The translations under genes and the position numbers were made by a program. DNA of 64,000 nucleotides from Candidatus Sulfotelmatobacter sp. Lineage in GTDB: Bacteria > Chloroflexota > Limnocylindria > Limnocylindrales > CSP1-4. The notes under the pieces are model-generated. The model made no database searches. It was not told the origin of the DNA and worked only from the letters and a program-made list of their open reading frames with translations. Positions within the stretch are counted from its first letter, which is position 1. Each line of letters begins with the position of its first letter. Location of the stretch: NCBI GenBank assembly GCA_035622975.1, contig DASPUH010000133.1, positions 966 through 64,965 of the forward strand, read 5' to 3'. Positions 28,901-41,325 of the stretch are shown one piece after another.

Positions 28901-29459
28901 GGGGCTGCCCGACGTGCAGGGCGACACGGTCAAGCCGGCCCTCCTGGCCTGGCTGCAGACGATCATGGCCTTCTCCGCCGGTGACCATGTGACCGCTCGA
29001 GTGCACGCCCACGACTACGCCGGGGTGTACAGCCAAGGGGTCGCGGACGGCTACCTGATGGCCGCCCGCTGCGCGCTGGCGCTGGGCGACGCGCACGCAG
29101 CACGCGCCGACCTGGACCGTTCCCAGCCCTCCATCCGCCGCGGTCGGGCCATCGAGGCTGAGCGATCCGGCATCCGGGCGGGGATCGCGGCGCTCGAGGG
29201 GCGGCCCGATGAGGCGAAGGCTCTGTTCCGCGCGGCGCTGGCGGACGACCGCGAGCTGGGCCTGGAATGGTCCGAAGCCCTCTGCACGCTCGTCGTCGCG
29301 CCGCTCCTTGACCCGGAGGACCCGGAGGTCCAGGCGCAGGTGGAGCGGGCGCGCCACATCCTGATCCGCCTGCGCGCCGCTCCCTTCATCGCCCGGCTGG
29401 ACAGCCTGACCGCGTCCGCGCCGACTGATCTCGCCGAGGCGAGAAGCGGCCGGTCCTGA
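25974..29459 (+). CDS. multidomain signalling protein: double zinc ribbon, class III adenylate/guanylate cyclase, AAA (STAND-like) ATPase and TPR-like domains
   Basis: 1161 aa from ATG 25974. CxxC x4 (MTCGNCGAEN...CAECG...CPSCG...CGECG). CHD motifs FVDLVGST, FIGDAVMAMWGAP, VNTASRLQ. P-loop GPAGIGKTRLAWEF. Long helical repeat-rich C-terminus. Confidence 0.8.
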   Translation: MTCGNCGAENRAGRKFCAECGMALTPPCPSCGAYNEPGEKFCGECGTALGGGAAVAPAAKAAAASAPQAERRLVSILFVDLVGSTALAEGRDPEETRDLLTRYFDLARDVIVRYGGSVEKFIGDAVMAMWGAPTAHEDDAERAVRAGLELVAAVRTIGPSIRARAGILTGEAAVTIGAVGQGMVAGDLVNTASRLQSVAPPGAVLVGEATQRAAAGAIAFEPAGDTILKGKAAPVPAWRAVRVVAERGGRNRAETLEAPFVGRDDELRLLKDLFHATTREGRARLVSVIGPAGIGKTRLAWEFLKYLDGLVETVWYHDGRSPAYGDGISFWALGEMVRRRAGLLEGDDEATTRHKIAELLAEHVPDEEERRWIEPALLTLLGVGSGVGSDQLFGAWRTFFERLAASAPVVLVFEDFHFADSGLLDLVDHVMEWSRNVPIYVVTLARPELLEKRPDWGAGKRNFTSLYLEPLAEPAMRELLAGLVPGLPAPAVRAIVARADGVPLYAVETVRMLVAQGRLRLEGDAYVPTGDLSTLDVPETLTALIASRLDSLEAADRALVADAAVLGQSFTIAGLIAVAGRPQGELEPGLRALVRREILTLEADPRSPERGQYSFVQALIREVAYHTLAHGDRKVRHLAAARFFESLGSDELAGALAGHYLAAHANAPDGPERDALAGQARIALRAAGERASALGSHDQAITFFEQALSITSDPADRAGLHLAAATAAKAVGRTDDAERHYRAALEYHSATGDRSAQAATIASLADALLTAYRTAPALEMLIQADGALADLGDDPQFIRLRGQLARAYFFSDEDARAVAIADGVLEAAERLDLIAVVADTLITRGSALAGLGRPYEGLGAIEAGSRLAANHGLLRTQMRGLINLCSLSVDIDPRAALAAIRQAIAIAERLGERGFQLFDNAFTAALAIGDWDPLDGLLEPMLALETRSIWAVAANDTLTLRAFRGEPYGDLWPRLQGLPDVQGDTVKPALLAWLQTIMAFSAGDHVTARVHAHDYAGVYSQGVADGYLMAARCALALGDAHAARADLDRSQPSIRRGRAIEAERSGIRAGIAALEGRPDEAKALFRAALADDRELGLEWSEALCTLVVAPLLDPEDPEVQAQVERARHILIRLRAAPFIARLDSLTASAPTDLAEARSGRS

Positions 29460-29462
29460 CCG

Positions 29463-30493
29463 TCAGGACGCCGCGGTCGGGTTCAGCAGGCTCGGCGTGC
29501 TCCAGGAATGGAGCGTGCGCATGTAGTTGGCCCGATCGTAAGCCCCGGGGTCGGCCACCGCAGCCTGGCTGGCGCTCCCCCGCAACTGGCTCACCGACTC
29601 GTACTCGTGATCGGCCATCCACGACCGCAACTCGGCCTCCACGGTGCGGACGTGTTCCGGACCCTCGCGCAGGAGGACCGAGGTCATCATCGCTACGTCA
29701 GCGCCGACCATGAGCGCCTTGAGGGCATCCGTGCCCGAGTGGATCCCCGATGTCGCCGCCAGCCCGACGCCGCGCCCCAGTTGTGGTCGCAGGACGGCGA
29801 TCCACCGCAGTGGCAGCCGCAGTTCCCAGGGCCGGCTCAGCTCGACGCGGTTGACCACCTCGAGCGCCTCCAGGTCCAGGTCCGGCTGGTAGAAGCGGTT
29901 GAAGAGGACGAGCCCGTCGGCGCCCTGGGCGACGACCCGGGCGGCGAAGTCGGCCATCGCGGTGTAGTAGGGGCTGAGCTTGACGGCGAGGGGGATGGTC
30001 ACCGCGGCGCGCACCGCAGCGATGAGCGCCAGGTCGGCTGATTCCATCGCGTCGGCCCCGCGGCCGGGATCCGTCGCCAGGCGGTAGACGTTGAGCTCGA
30101 GCGCATCCGCGCCCGCCTCGGCGATCCGGCGGGCGTAGCCGACCCAACCGCCGGTGGAAGTGGCGTTGAGGCTGGCGATGACGGGGACCGATGCCTGGTG
30201 CCGGATGGCCTCCAGGCGCCGGAGGTAGCGCTGGCCGGCATCGGCGAACTCCCGGACCTCAGGGAAGTAGTCGAGCGCCTCGGCGAACTGCTCCGCGCCC
30301 GCCTCCAGCGAGCGATTCAGTTCGATCTCCTCGTTGAGGATCTCCTCCTCGAAGAGGGAGGGCAGGACGAGGGCCCCGACCCCGGCATCCTCCAGCCGGC
30401 GCGCGGTGGGCGTCTCGCCAGTGAGCGGCGAGGCGGACGCCACGAGCGGCGAGCGGAGGTGCAGGCCGAGGTAGTCGGTACGGAGGTCGATGG

Positions 30494-30497
<4 letters not shown>
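29463..30497 (-). CDS. dihydroorotate dehydrogenase-like (class 1 DHOD family) protein, downstream partner of PFOR
   Basis: 344 aa TIM-barrel, DHOD-like (VIASLNATSTGGW, ELNVY, LFNRFYQPDLD, GIHSGTDALKALMVGA). 4-nt overlap with the nifJ stop. Confidence 0.6.
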
Positions 30498-34225
<3,728 letters not shown>

Positions 34226-34467
34226 GGTGAGCTTCGGACCTGCCGACCGGCGCCACCATTGTCCTTCGACTCACGATCCGGGGCCCATCGGCCCTTTCAG
34301 GTCCTGTCGGTGATCCGCGTCGCCGGCCCGGTCCGTTCGTCCGTGGCGGGCCGGGCCTGAAGGTCGGGTTGCCAAAGGCGGCTATCGGGGGTAGGGTGCC
34401 CCCGCCGACGGAAGCCTGCGGGCCGACGCCGGCAAGTCCTGCGATCCTGGCGAACCGGAGCGACTTC

Positions 34468-36588
34468 ATGTCCGACCAGCGCCCCCGGCCGCACGCCGTG
34501 CGCCCCCGCTCCAGCGGTCGCCCTCGCGTCACCCTCCGCCTGCTGGCGGTCGCGCTCCTCGGCGCCTCCCTCCTGTCCCTGAGCGGCCCAGGAGCGACGC
34601 TCGCGACGACCGGACAAGCACCTGCGGCAGCCCCTGCCGTCGCCCAGACCTCGACGCCGGCGCCCAAGGGCCTGACCGGGGAGGTCTACGGCTTCCTGCC
34701 GTACTGGGAGATCGACAGCGGCGTCGACGCGTACCTGCGCTACGACCTGCTCACGACCATCGCCCTCTTCGCCGTCTACTACGACGCCTCGGGCAACCTC
34801 GACACGACGACGCTCCTCGGCAGTGGTCGGGCGGACCTCATCAGCACGATCGTGCAGCACGCCCATGCCCAGGGCGTGCGGGTCGATCTGACGCTGCGTC
34901 CGTCGAACGACACGGCCAGCGCCAACCAGGCGTTCTTCGCCAACGCTCCCGCTCAGGCGGCCGCCATCGCCAACATGGCTGCGCAAGTGGCGTCGCTCGG
35001 GCTGGACGGCGCGAACATCGACATCGAGTCGCTCTACAACAGCGACTTCGCGGCCTACGGCGCCTTCGGGGCGGCCCTGCGGGCGTCGCTCGTCAAGGCC
35101 GACGCCGCCGCTCGCGTGACGGTCTCGACCAACGCCAACGTATCCGGCTCGGGCATGGCGGCGCAGGCCATCTCCGACGGCGTGGACCGTGCCTTCCTCA
35201 TGGGCTACAACTACCGCGGCGCCACCAGCAGCCCGGTCGGCTCGATCTCGCCGCTCGTCAGTTCGGTCGACGGCCTGAGCCTGAGCTGGTCGATCGGCCA
35301 GTACGACAAGCTGGATGTGCCGCGGGATCGCATCATCCTCGGCCTGCCGTACTACGGCATGACCTGGCCGACCACGTCGGGTCTCCTCCACGCCACCCGT
35401 TCGGGCACCGGGGTGGCCTTCTTCCCGACCGACAGCCTGCCACCGCCGTCCGGCACGACGATCAACTACGACGCGGTCGAACGCGCGGCCTGGTTCGCCG
35501 TCCAGGACCCCACCACCAAGGCCTGGTCCGAGACCTACTTCGATGACGAGACCTCGCTGCGCGCGAAGTACGGCCTGGCCGTCACCGACGGCCTTGCCGG
35601 GGTGGGCATGTGGGCCCTGGGCTACGACGCTGGCCAGCCCGGTTACTGGGAGGCGATCGCGTCGACGTTCGGGGTGTTGCGCCTCGCCGGTGCCGATCGG
35701 TACGGCACGGCCGTGGCCGTCTCGGCCAACCTCCTGCAGCCTGGCGCCGGGACGGTGATCGTAGCCAGCGGGCTGGGCTTCGCCGACGCCCTTGGTGGGA
35801 GCGCGGCGGCCGGCCACCTGGGCGGCTCGCTTCTGCTCACGGCGCCCACTGCCCTGCCGGCGAGCGTCGCGCTGGAGCTCTCCCGGGCCGATCCGGCCAA
35901 CGTCATCGTGCTTGGCGGCAAGAGCGTCGTGTCAGACGCGGTCCTTGACGCCATCCAGGCGCGTCTGCCGCATGCGACCGTTACCCGCGTCGGCGGTTCG
36001 GATCGGTACGCCACCGCTGCCGATCTGTCCAAGGCCGTCTACCCGGGTGGGGCCAGCACGGTCTTCATCGCCTCCGGGGCGAACTACCCCGACGGCCTCG
36101 CCGGCGGCGCCGAAGCGGCCAGGTTGGGAGCGCCCCTGCTCCTGAGCGACCCCGCGCGGCTCTCGCCGGCCACGCGGACGGAGCTGCAGCGGCTGGCGCC
36201 CACGACCGTCTACCTGCTGGGCAGCACGGCATCGCTCTCGAGCGCGGTCGCCACCGCGGTCAGTACGGCCCTGCCGTCGGCCACCGTGAACCGACTCGGC
36301 GGCGACGACCGCTATGCCACCGCGGTCGCGATCTCGGGCCTGCAGGACCCGGGCGTGCCGGTCGTGTATGTCGCCGCCGGGACGAACTTCCCCGACGGCC
36401 TCACCGGGTCCGCGGCGGCCGGCGAGCTCGGCGGACCGCTGCTCCTGACACAGCCGGGCGGGTTGCCGGTCATCGTGGCCACCGAGCTGGCCCGGCTCGA
36501 GCCGCGGCGCGTGGTCGTCCTGGGCGGCACCAGCGCGGTGAGCGATGCGGTGGTGGCGCAACTGCGTGGGTACCTCGCCCTGCCCTGA
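34468..36588 (+). CDS. secreted glycoside hydrolase family 18 protein with three C-terminal CWB2 cell-wall-binding repeats
   Basis: 706 aa from ATG 34468. Signal peptide (RVTLRLLAVALLGASLLSLS). GH18 catalytic motif LGLDGANIDIE (DxxDxDxE). Three ADRYATA...DGLAGG..APLLL repeats. Confidence 0.75.
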   Translation: MSDQRPRPHAVRPRSSGRPRVTLRLLAVALLGASLLSLSGPGATLATTGQAPAAAPAVAQTSTPAPKGLTGEVYGFLPYWEIDSGVDAYLRYDLLTTIALFAVYYDASGNLDTTTLLGSGRADLISTIVQHAHAQGVRVDLTLRPSNDTASANQAFFANAPAQAAAIANMAAQVASLGLDGANIDIESLYNSDFAAYGAFGAALRASLVKADAAARVTVSTNANVSGSGMAAQAISDGVDRAFLMGYNYRGATSSPVGSISPLVSSVDGLSLSWSIGQYDKLDVPRDRIILGLPYYGMTWPTTSGLLHATRSGTGVAFFPTDSLPPPSGTTINYDAVERAAWFAVQDPTTKAWSETYFDDETSLRAKYGLAVTDGLAGVGMWALGYDAGQPGYWEAIASTFGVLRLAGADRYGTAVAVSANLLQPGAGTVIVASGLGFADALGGSAAAGHLGGSLLLTAPTALPASVALELSRADPANVIVLGGKSVVSDAVLDAIQARLPHATVTRVGGSDRYATAADLSKAVYPGGASTVFIASGANYPDGLAGGAEAARLGAPLLLSDPARLSPATRTELQRLAPTTVYLLGSTASLSSAVATAVSTALPSATVNRLGGDDRYATAVAISGLQDPGVPVVYVAAGTNFPDGLTGSAAAGELGGPLLLTQPGGLPVIVATELARLEPRRVVVLGGTSAVSDAVVAQLRGYLALP

Positions 36589-36612
36589 GGCCCCCTGCTA
36601 TCGTGGCAGGCG

Positions 36613-37383
36613 ATGACCCCAGCGCCGACCGGAACCGCTGGCGAGCCCGACACCTCGGTCGCGAGCACGTCGCATGACCCGGGCAGCGCGCGTGTTGCCG
36701 AGCAGATCCGCCGCGACTTCGCCGAGGCGTGGGGTGACATGGGCGCGGCCTGGGGCGTGCCGCCGTCCGTCGCCCGGGTCCACGGCTACATCCTGGCCCA
36801 CGCCAGCCCGCTCACCGAGCGGGAGGTCCGCGAAGCCCTCGGCCTCAGCCACCGGGCGGCCAGCCTGGCGCTCGCCGAGTGCGAGGCTTGGGGCCTCGTG
36901 GAGCGGGTGGCCGACCCACGACGGGTCGGCCGGCGCGGCCCCAGTGCGGTCGCCTACGCCAAGGTCGGCGACCACTGGGTCTGGTTCCAGCGCATCGCCG
37001 AGCAGCGCAAGCTGCGCGAGACCGACCCGCTGCTGCCGCTCATCGCGAACGCCGTGCGCGAGGCTGACCGGGTCGCCGCCGGGTCGCCGCCGGACAGCGA
37101 GCTTGGCCAGCTACGGGAGTGGCTGACCGAATTCGAGGGCTTCGTCCGTCTCTTCGACCGCGCGGTGGCGCTCGTCGCCCGGGCCGAGACGACCGAGCTC
37201 GCCCGCGGCTTCGCCGTCCTGGCGCGGCTCTCGGACGAGACACTGGACCGCCTGCTGGGCCTGTTCGGGTCGCTGCCGGAGGAGGAGCTGGCCCAGACCC
37301 TGCAGAGCATCTCGCGCGTCTCGCCGACGACCGCGCGTCGCGTCCTGAGCGCGGCCGCCAGGGTCGCCCGTCTCGGCCGCTGA
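36613..37383 (+). CDS. winged-helix transcriptional regulator, GbsR/MarR-like
   Basis: 256 aa. wHTH (ARVHGYILAHASPLTEREVREALGLSHRAASLALAECEAWGLVERV) plus an uncharacterised C-terminal domain. Confidence 0.55.
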   Translation: MTPAPTGTAGEPDTSVASTSHDPGSARVAEQIRRDFAEAWGDMGAAWGVPPSVARVHGYILAHASPLTEREVREALGLSHRAASLALAECEAWGLVERVADPRRVGRRGPSAVAYAKVGDHWVWFQRIAEQRKLRETDPLLPLIANAVREADRVAAGSPPDSELGQLREWLTEFEGFVRLFDRAVALVARAETTELARGFAVLARLSDETLDRLLGLFGSLPEEELAQTLQSISRVSPTTARRVLSAAARVARLGR

Positions 37384-37743
37384 GGGACCGAACGGGGCCG
37401 GGGAGAGGCCGCCAGCGGCGGTCATCCACGCCATGCTGCAGCCGGACCACGGCTACCTGCCGCGGGGGCGTTCATCCTCCAGGGCCGCTGATCCTCTCGC
37501 CCACCAGCCCGTGTGGTGGTACGCAGATGCGGGAGGTGCCGCGGCGACGTCAGCCCACCGTCAACCGCCTCCACCCGATCGTGGCGAACGTTCCCCAGCG
37601 ACCCCGGTGGGCGGCACGGCGGCCAGGCGCGGCACGTACCACCATCCCCACTGGTGAGCGACAGGAACGCCGCGCTGCCGACGGCCGTCCCGGACAAGCG
37701 CGGCGCGCCGACTCGGGTGCCACCCATCCCGCGCTCATGACAT

Positions 37744-37829
37744 TGGCGGAGAGGGTGGGATTCGAACCCACGAGGCTTTCGCCCGGCGGTTTTCAAGACC
37801 GCTGCCATCAACCACTCGGCCACCTCTCC
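37744..37829 (-). tRNA. tRNA-Ser (anticodon TGA), type II
   Basis: 86-nt minus-strand read GGAGAGGTGGCCGAGTGGTTGATGGCAGCGGTCTTGAAAACCGCCGGGCGAAAGCCTCGTGGGTTCGAATCCCACCCTCTCCGCCA. Anticodon loop CTTGAAA. Confidence 0.85.
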
Positions 37830-37854
37830 GCGGCAGAGGATACCCCGGGGTGCC

Positions 37855-37921
37855 CGGCGCTCAGATGCGCCTGGCGTGCAGATGCGCCTGGCGTGCAGAT
37901 GCGCGTGGCGCTCAGATGCGC
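37855..37921. repeat. four tandem copies of a 17-nt unit CAGATGCGCNTGGCGNN covering the RDD gene stop codon
   Basis: CAGATGCGC at 37862, 37879, 37896 and 37913 (period 17). The last copy supplies the real RDD stop (TCA at 37912-37914). Each copy contains an antisense TGA. Lies between the RDD 3' end and the tRNA-Ser 5' flank. Confidence 0.7.
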
Positions 37922-38394
37922 TTGATGACGACGGTGCCGGCGATCAGGTCGTGCCAGCCGCGCTTGCGGCTGTCGATGAGGATCCAGATGTAGCCCAGGT
38001 AGAACACGACGCCGTCGATCCAGTAGCCGATCAGGCGCAGGATGGCCTGGCCCGTGGTGATCGGGCCGCCGTCTCGATCCCGCACCACGTAGAGCTGGAA
38101 CGGGCGCATGCCCGGCGTCTGGCCGCGGGTCGCCCAGAAATAGGGGAAGTAGGCCAGGTCGACCACGAAGATGGCCAGGAAGACAAGGAGTCCCAAGGGC
38201 AGGGCCAGGATGACGAGCGCGATGGCGGCCAGGAAGAGGCCGATGTTCGCAGCCAGGACGACCAGGCCGTCGATGAGGTAGGCCAGCAACCGTTCCCCGG
38301 CCCCGCCGAAGGCGACCCCGGGCGCCGGCCCCTCGGGCTCGACCGGGCGAGCCCAGGCGGATGGGGGCATCTGGTCGGGGGGTCGGGACTCCAC
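37912..38394 (-). CDS. RDD family membrane protein
   Basis: 160 aa, 3 TM helices. RDD-type motifs (RLLAYLIDGLVV...RGWHDLIAGTVVIK). Confidence 0.7.
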   Translation of the reverse strand: MESRPPDQMPPSAWARPVEPEGPAPGVAFGGAGERLLAYLIDGLVVLAANIGLFLAAIALVILALPLGLLVFLAIFVVDLAYFPYFWATRGQTPGMRPFQLYVVRDRDGGPITTGQAILRLIGYWIDGVVFYLGYIWILIDSRKRGWHDLIAGTVVIKRI

Positions 38395-38403
38395 GGGCCC
38401 AGT

Positions 38404-39705
38404 CTACGCCCCGAGGCGGGCCGTCCCCATGGCGTCCCGCAGCACTTCCGGGACGACGACCGTGCCATCCGGCTGCTGATGGACCTCCAGGATGGCGGCC
38501 ACCGTCCGCGCCAGAGCCAGGCCCGAGCCGTTGAGCGTATGCAGGACCTCCGGCCGTGCCCCCGGCTCCGGCCGCCAGCGGATGTTCATGCGCCGGGCCT
38601 GGTAGTCGCGGAAGTTGGAGACGGAGCTCACCTCCAGCCAGCGCTCCACGCCCGGCGCCCACACCTCGAGGTCGTACTTCTTGGCCTGCACGAAGCCCAT
38701 GTCGCCGGTCGCCATCAGCTTCACCCGGTAGGGCAGCTCCAGCCGCTGCAGGACCACCTCTGCCCGCGCCGTGAGCCACTCCAGCGTGGCGTTCGAATCT
38801 GCCGGCCGCTCGAAGCAGACCATCTCCACCTTGTCGAACTGGTGGACGCGGAGGATGCCGCGCGTGTCCCGGCCGGCCGCCCCTGCCTCGCGACGGAAGC
38901 ACGGCGAGTAGGCCACGTAACGGATGGGCATCCGCTCCGCCTCGATGATCTCGTCGCGATGGATGTTCGTGACGGGCACCTCGGCGGTCGGCACGAGGTA
39001 CAGGTCGTCGCGCGTCACGACGTACATGAGGTCTTCCTTGTCGGGGATCTGGCCCGTCCCCCGCGCCGACGCCTGGTTGACCAGGGCCGGCGGCCAGATC
39101 TCCGTCATGCCGTGCTCGCGCACGTGCAGGCCGACCATGAAGTCGATCAACGCCCGCTGCAGGGCCGCGCCCGCGGCGCGGTAGATGGGGAAGCCCGACC
39201 CGGTCACCTTGGCCCCTGCCTGGAGGGCCAGGATGCCCTGCGCCTCGCCGACCTCCCAGTGCGGTCGCACGGTCGACCCATCGGCCCGTTCGTGGGAGGC
39301 GGCCTCACCCCAGGTGCGGACGATGACGCTGGCATCCTCCCCGCCAACGGGGACATCCGGATCGGCCGGGTTGGGGATGCGCAGGAGGAGCTCCTCCAGC
39401 TCGTGCTCGGCGGTGGCGATCCGCGCCCCCATCGCCGTGATGGCGGTGCCGAGCGCATCGGCCCGCCGGCGCGTCTCCGCGAGCGCGGGGTCGTCCGGGC
39501 TGGCCCCCCCGCGGATGGCCGTGCCGACCTCCGCGCTCAGGCGGTTGCGTTCGGCCTTGAGTGCGTCGGCCTCGCTGGTCAGCCGCCGCCGGTCCGCGTC
39601 GAGCTCGAGGGCCTGGTCCACGATGGATGCATCCTCGCCCTTGTCGAGCGCTCCCTGGCGCACCCGCGCCGCGTCCTCGCGCAGTCGTTGCAGGCCGACG
39701 CTCAT
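38404..39705 (-). CDS. serS: serine--tRNA ligase
   Basis: 433 aa. N-terminal coiled coil, class II motifs (FRREAG, GLALARTVAAILE). Confidence 0.9.
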   Translation of the reverse strand: MSVGLQRLREDAARVRQGALDKGEDASIVDQALELDADRRRLTSEADALKAERNRLSAEVGTAIRGGASPDDPALAETRRRADALGTAITAMGARIATAEHELEELLLRIPNPADPDVPVGGEDASVIVRTWGEAASHERADGSTVRPHWEVGEAQGILALQAGAKVTGSGFPIYRAAGAALQRALIDFMVGLHVREHGMTEIWPPALVNQASARGTGQIPDKEDLMYVVTRDDLYLVPTAEVPVTNIHRDEIIEAERMPIRYVAYSPCFRREAGAAGRDTRGILRVHQFDKVEMVCFERPADSNATLEWLTARAEVVLQRLELPYRVKLMATGDMGFVQAKKYDLEVWAPGVERWLEVSSVSNFRDYQARRMNIRWRPEPGARPEVLHTLNGSGLALARTVAAILEVHQQPDGTVVVPEVLRDAMGTARLGA

Positions 39706-41318
39706 GCCGGCACCCCGGCCGTTGCCGCCTCGATGGGCCGCCAGCCGGCCGCCTCGCGCAGGCGTGCCACCACCGCCTCCTGGGGCTGGGCCGCCAGGAG
39801 CCAGCCGGCACGGGGCCCGTTGGGCCGACCCAGGAACGCGACGTAGATCGCGGCGAACGCCTTGCCGGACGGCAGCCCGCCCTCATGGGCCACGCGGAAG
39901 ATGAGGTCCTGCCACGCGTCACCGGCCGTCGGGCGGGCCTGCTCGGCGGCGACGGCGAGGGCGCCCAGGTAGACCCGCTGGTCATCGCCCAGTTCGCGCA
40001 CCTCTCCCGGCAGGGTCGTCCGCACCGCCACCTTGTAACGGTCGGGGGCCAGGGCGGCCAGCCACGCCCGCGCCACGGTCACCCGCTGGGCCTGGATGGC
40101 GCGCTCGGCGGCGTCGAGGGGGGCACCCTTCTCCGCCTCCAGCTGGGCCGCCAGGTCCACGCCCGGCACCTGGGCGAGGAGGGCCAGGTGGCGGAAGGCC
40201 GGCCGGAAACGGGCCGCCTCCGCCGCCGGATCGGCCTCGGCATCCACCAGGCTCATGCGGAAGATGCGGCCGGGATCGGGCGGCAGTTCGCCGCGGACCT
40301 CGTGGCCGGCGGCAGCCCCGGCGATGCGGTCGAACTCATCGAACAGGCCGGGGACGGTGTCGCCCTCCGGATCGAATTCGAGGTGCTTGCGCGGCCTGTG
40401 GCGCAGGAACAGGAATCGCAGCAGCTCGGGCGGCAGCAACTCGGCGATCTCGTGGGCGGCGGCGCCGGAGCCCTTGCTGGTGCTCATCTTCTTGCCCCCG
40501 ATGGTGAGGAACTCGTACGGCACGTTGGTCGGCGGTTCCCTGTCGAAGACCCGCCGGCTGATGGCGTCGGCGCGGTCGCGCGAGCCGCCCTTCGTGGCCA
40601 GGTCCTTGCCGCACCCTTCGATCGTCGCCCCCACGAGGCCCCAGCGAGCGGCCCAGTCGACGTTCCACACCAGCTTGGCACGTCCGCCGAAGGGCGAGAC
40701 CCGGCCGTGGAAACCGCAGCCCCTGGCCCACTCGACAAGGTCCGCCCGGCACTCGTACGTCACCTCCCGGCCGTCCCAGTCGCTGGCGATGGTCGTGCCG
40801 CTGCGGCCACAGGCCTCGCAGATGACGCTGATCGGCAACCAGTGGGCCGGGTGGTCGACGGTGCTGACCGTGCGGTAGATGTCGCGGATGACGTCGGCGT
40901 GGTCAAGGGCCCGGCTGATGTAGGGGTCCATGTCGCCGGCCGCGTACCGCTCACTCATCCAGTAGAGCTCCGGCCGGATCCCCAGACCCTCGAAGGTGCC
41001 CAGGAAGAGGCCCACGAAGTGCCGCGCGTAGTTGGGGGCGCTGCTCCCGGCAGGAGCCGGGACGTTCGCCAGGGGCACGCCCATGTAGCGCTCGACGGCG
41101 TCGGGCGTGAGCAGCGCCTGCGCGTCCATGGGGTCCAGGTCCTCCACGCCGTAGCGGAAGGTGACCGGGGTCTCGCGGTCCAGGAGCGCCCGGCGGATGG
41201 CGTCGTGCAGCACGACGCCCCGCAGGCTGCCCACGTGGACGGTGCCCGACGGCGTCTTGGAGTCGTTGACGACCTGCGGTCCCTGCGCCACGGCCGCCAG
41301 TTCGTCGGCCCAGTACAT
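39702..41318 (-). CDS. lysK: lysine--tRNA ligase, class I (archaeal/spirochaete type)
   Basis: 538 aa. HIGH-like HVGSLRG, KMSKS as KMSTSKGS, zinc-binding CEACGRSG. Length and order typical of class I LysRS. 4-nt overlap with serS. Confidence 0.75.
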   Translation of the reverse strand: MYWADELAAVAQGPQVVNDSKTPSGTVHVGSLRGVVLHDAIRRALLDRETPVTFRYGVEDLDPMDAQALLTPDAVERYMGVPLANVPAPAGSSAPNYARHFVGLFLGTFEGLGIRPELYWMSERYAAGDMDPYISRALDHADVIRDIYRTVSTVDHPAHWLPISVICEACGRSGTTIASDWDGREVTYECRADLVEWARGCGFHGRVSPFGGRAKLVWNVDWAARWGLVGATIEGCGKDLATKGGSRDRADAISRRVFDREPPTNVPYEFLTIGGKKMSTSKGSGAAAHEIAELLPPELLRFLFLRHRPRKHLEFDPEGDTVPGLFDEFDRIAGAAAGHEVRGELPPDPGRIFRMSLVDAEADPAAEAARFRPAFRHLALLAQVPGVDLAAQLEAEKGAPLDAAERAIQAQRVTVARAWLAALAPDRYKVAVRTTLPGEVRELGDDQRVYLGALAVAAEQARPTAGDAWQDLIFRVAHEGGLPSGKAFAAIYVAFLGRPNGPRAGWLLAAQPQEAVVARLREAAGWRPIEAATAGVPA

Positions 41319-41325
41319 GACCGCC

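Noticed and set aside
25938-29357. 1139-aa minus-strand ORF
   Set aside because: Antisense to the zinc-ribbon/cyclase/AAA/TPR gene. Low-complexity R/G/A/D-rich, no motifs. High-GC artefact.
34297-35817. 506-aa minus-strand ORF
   Set aside because: Antisense to the GH18/CWB2 gene, whose sense frame has signal peptide, catalytic motif and repeats.
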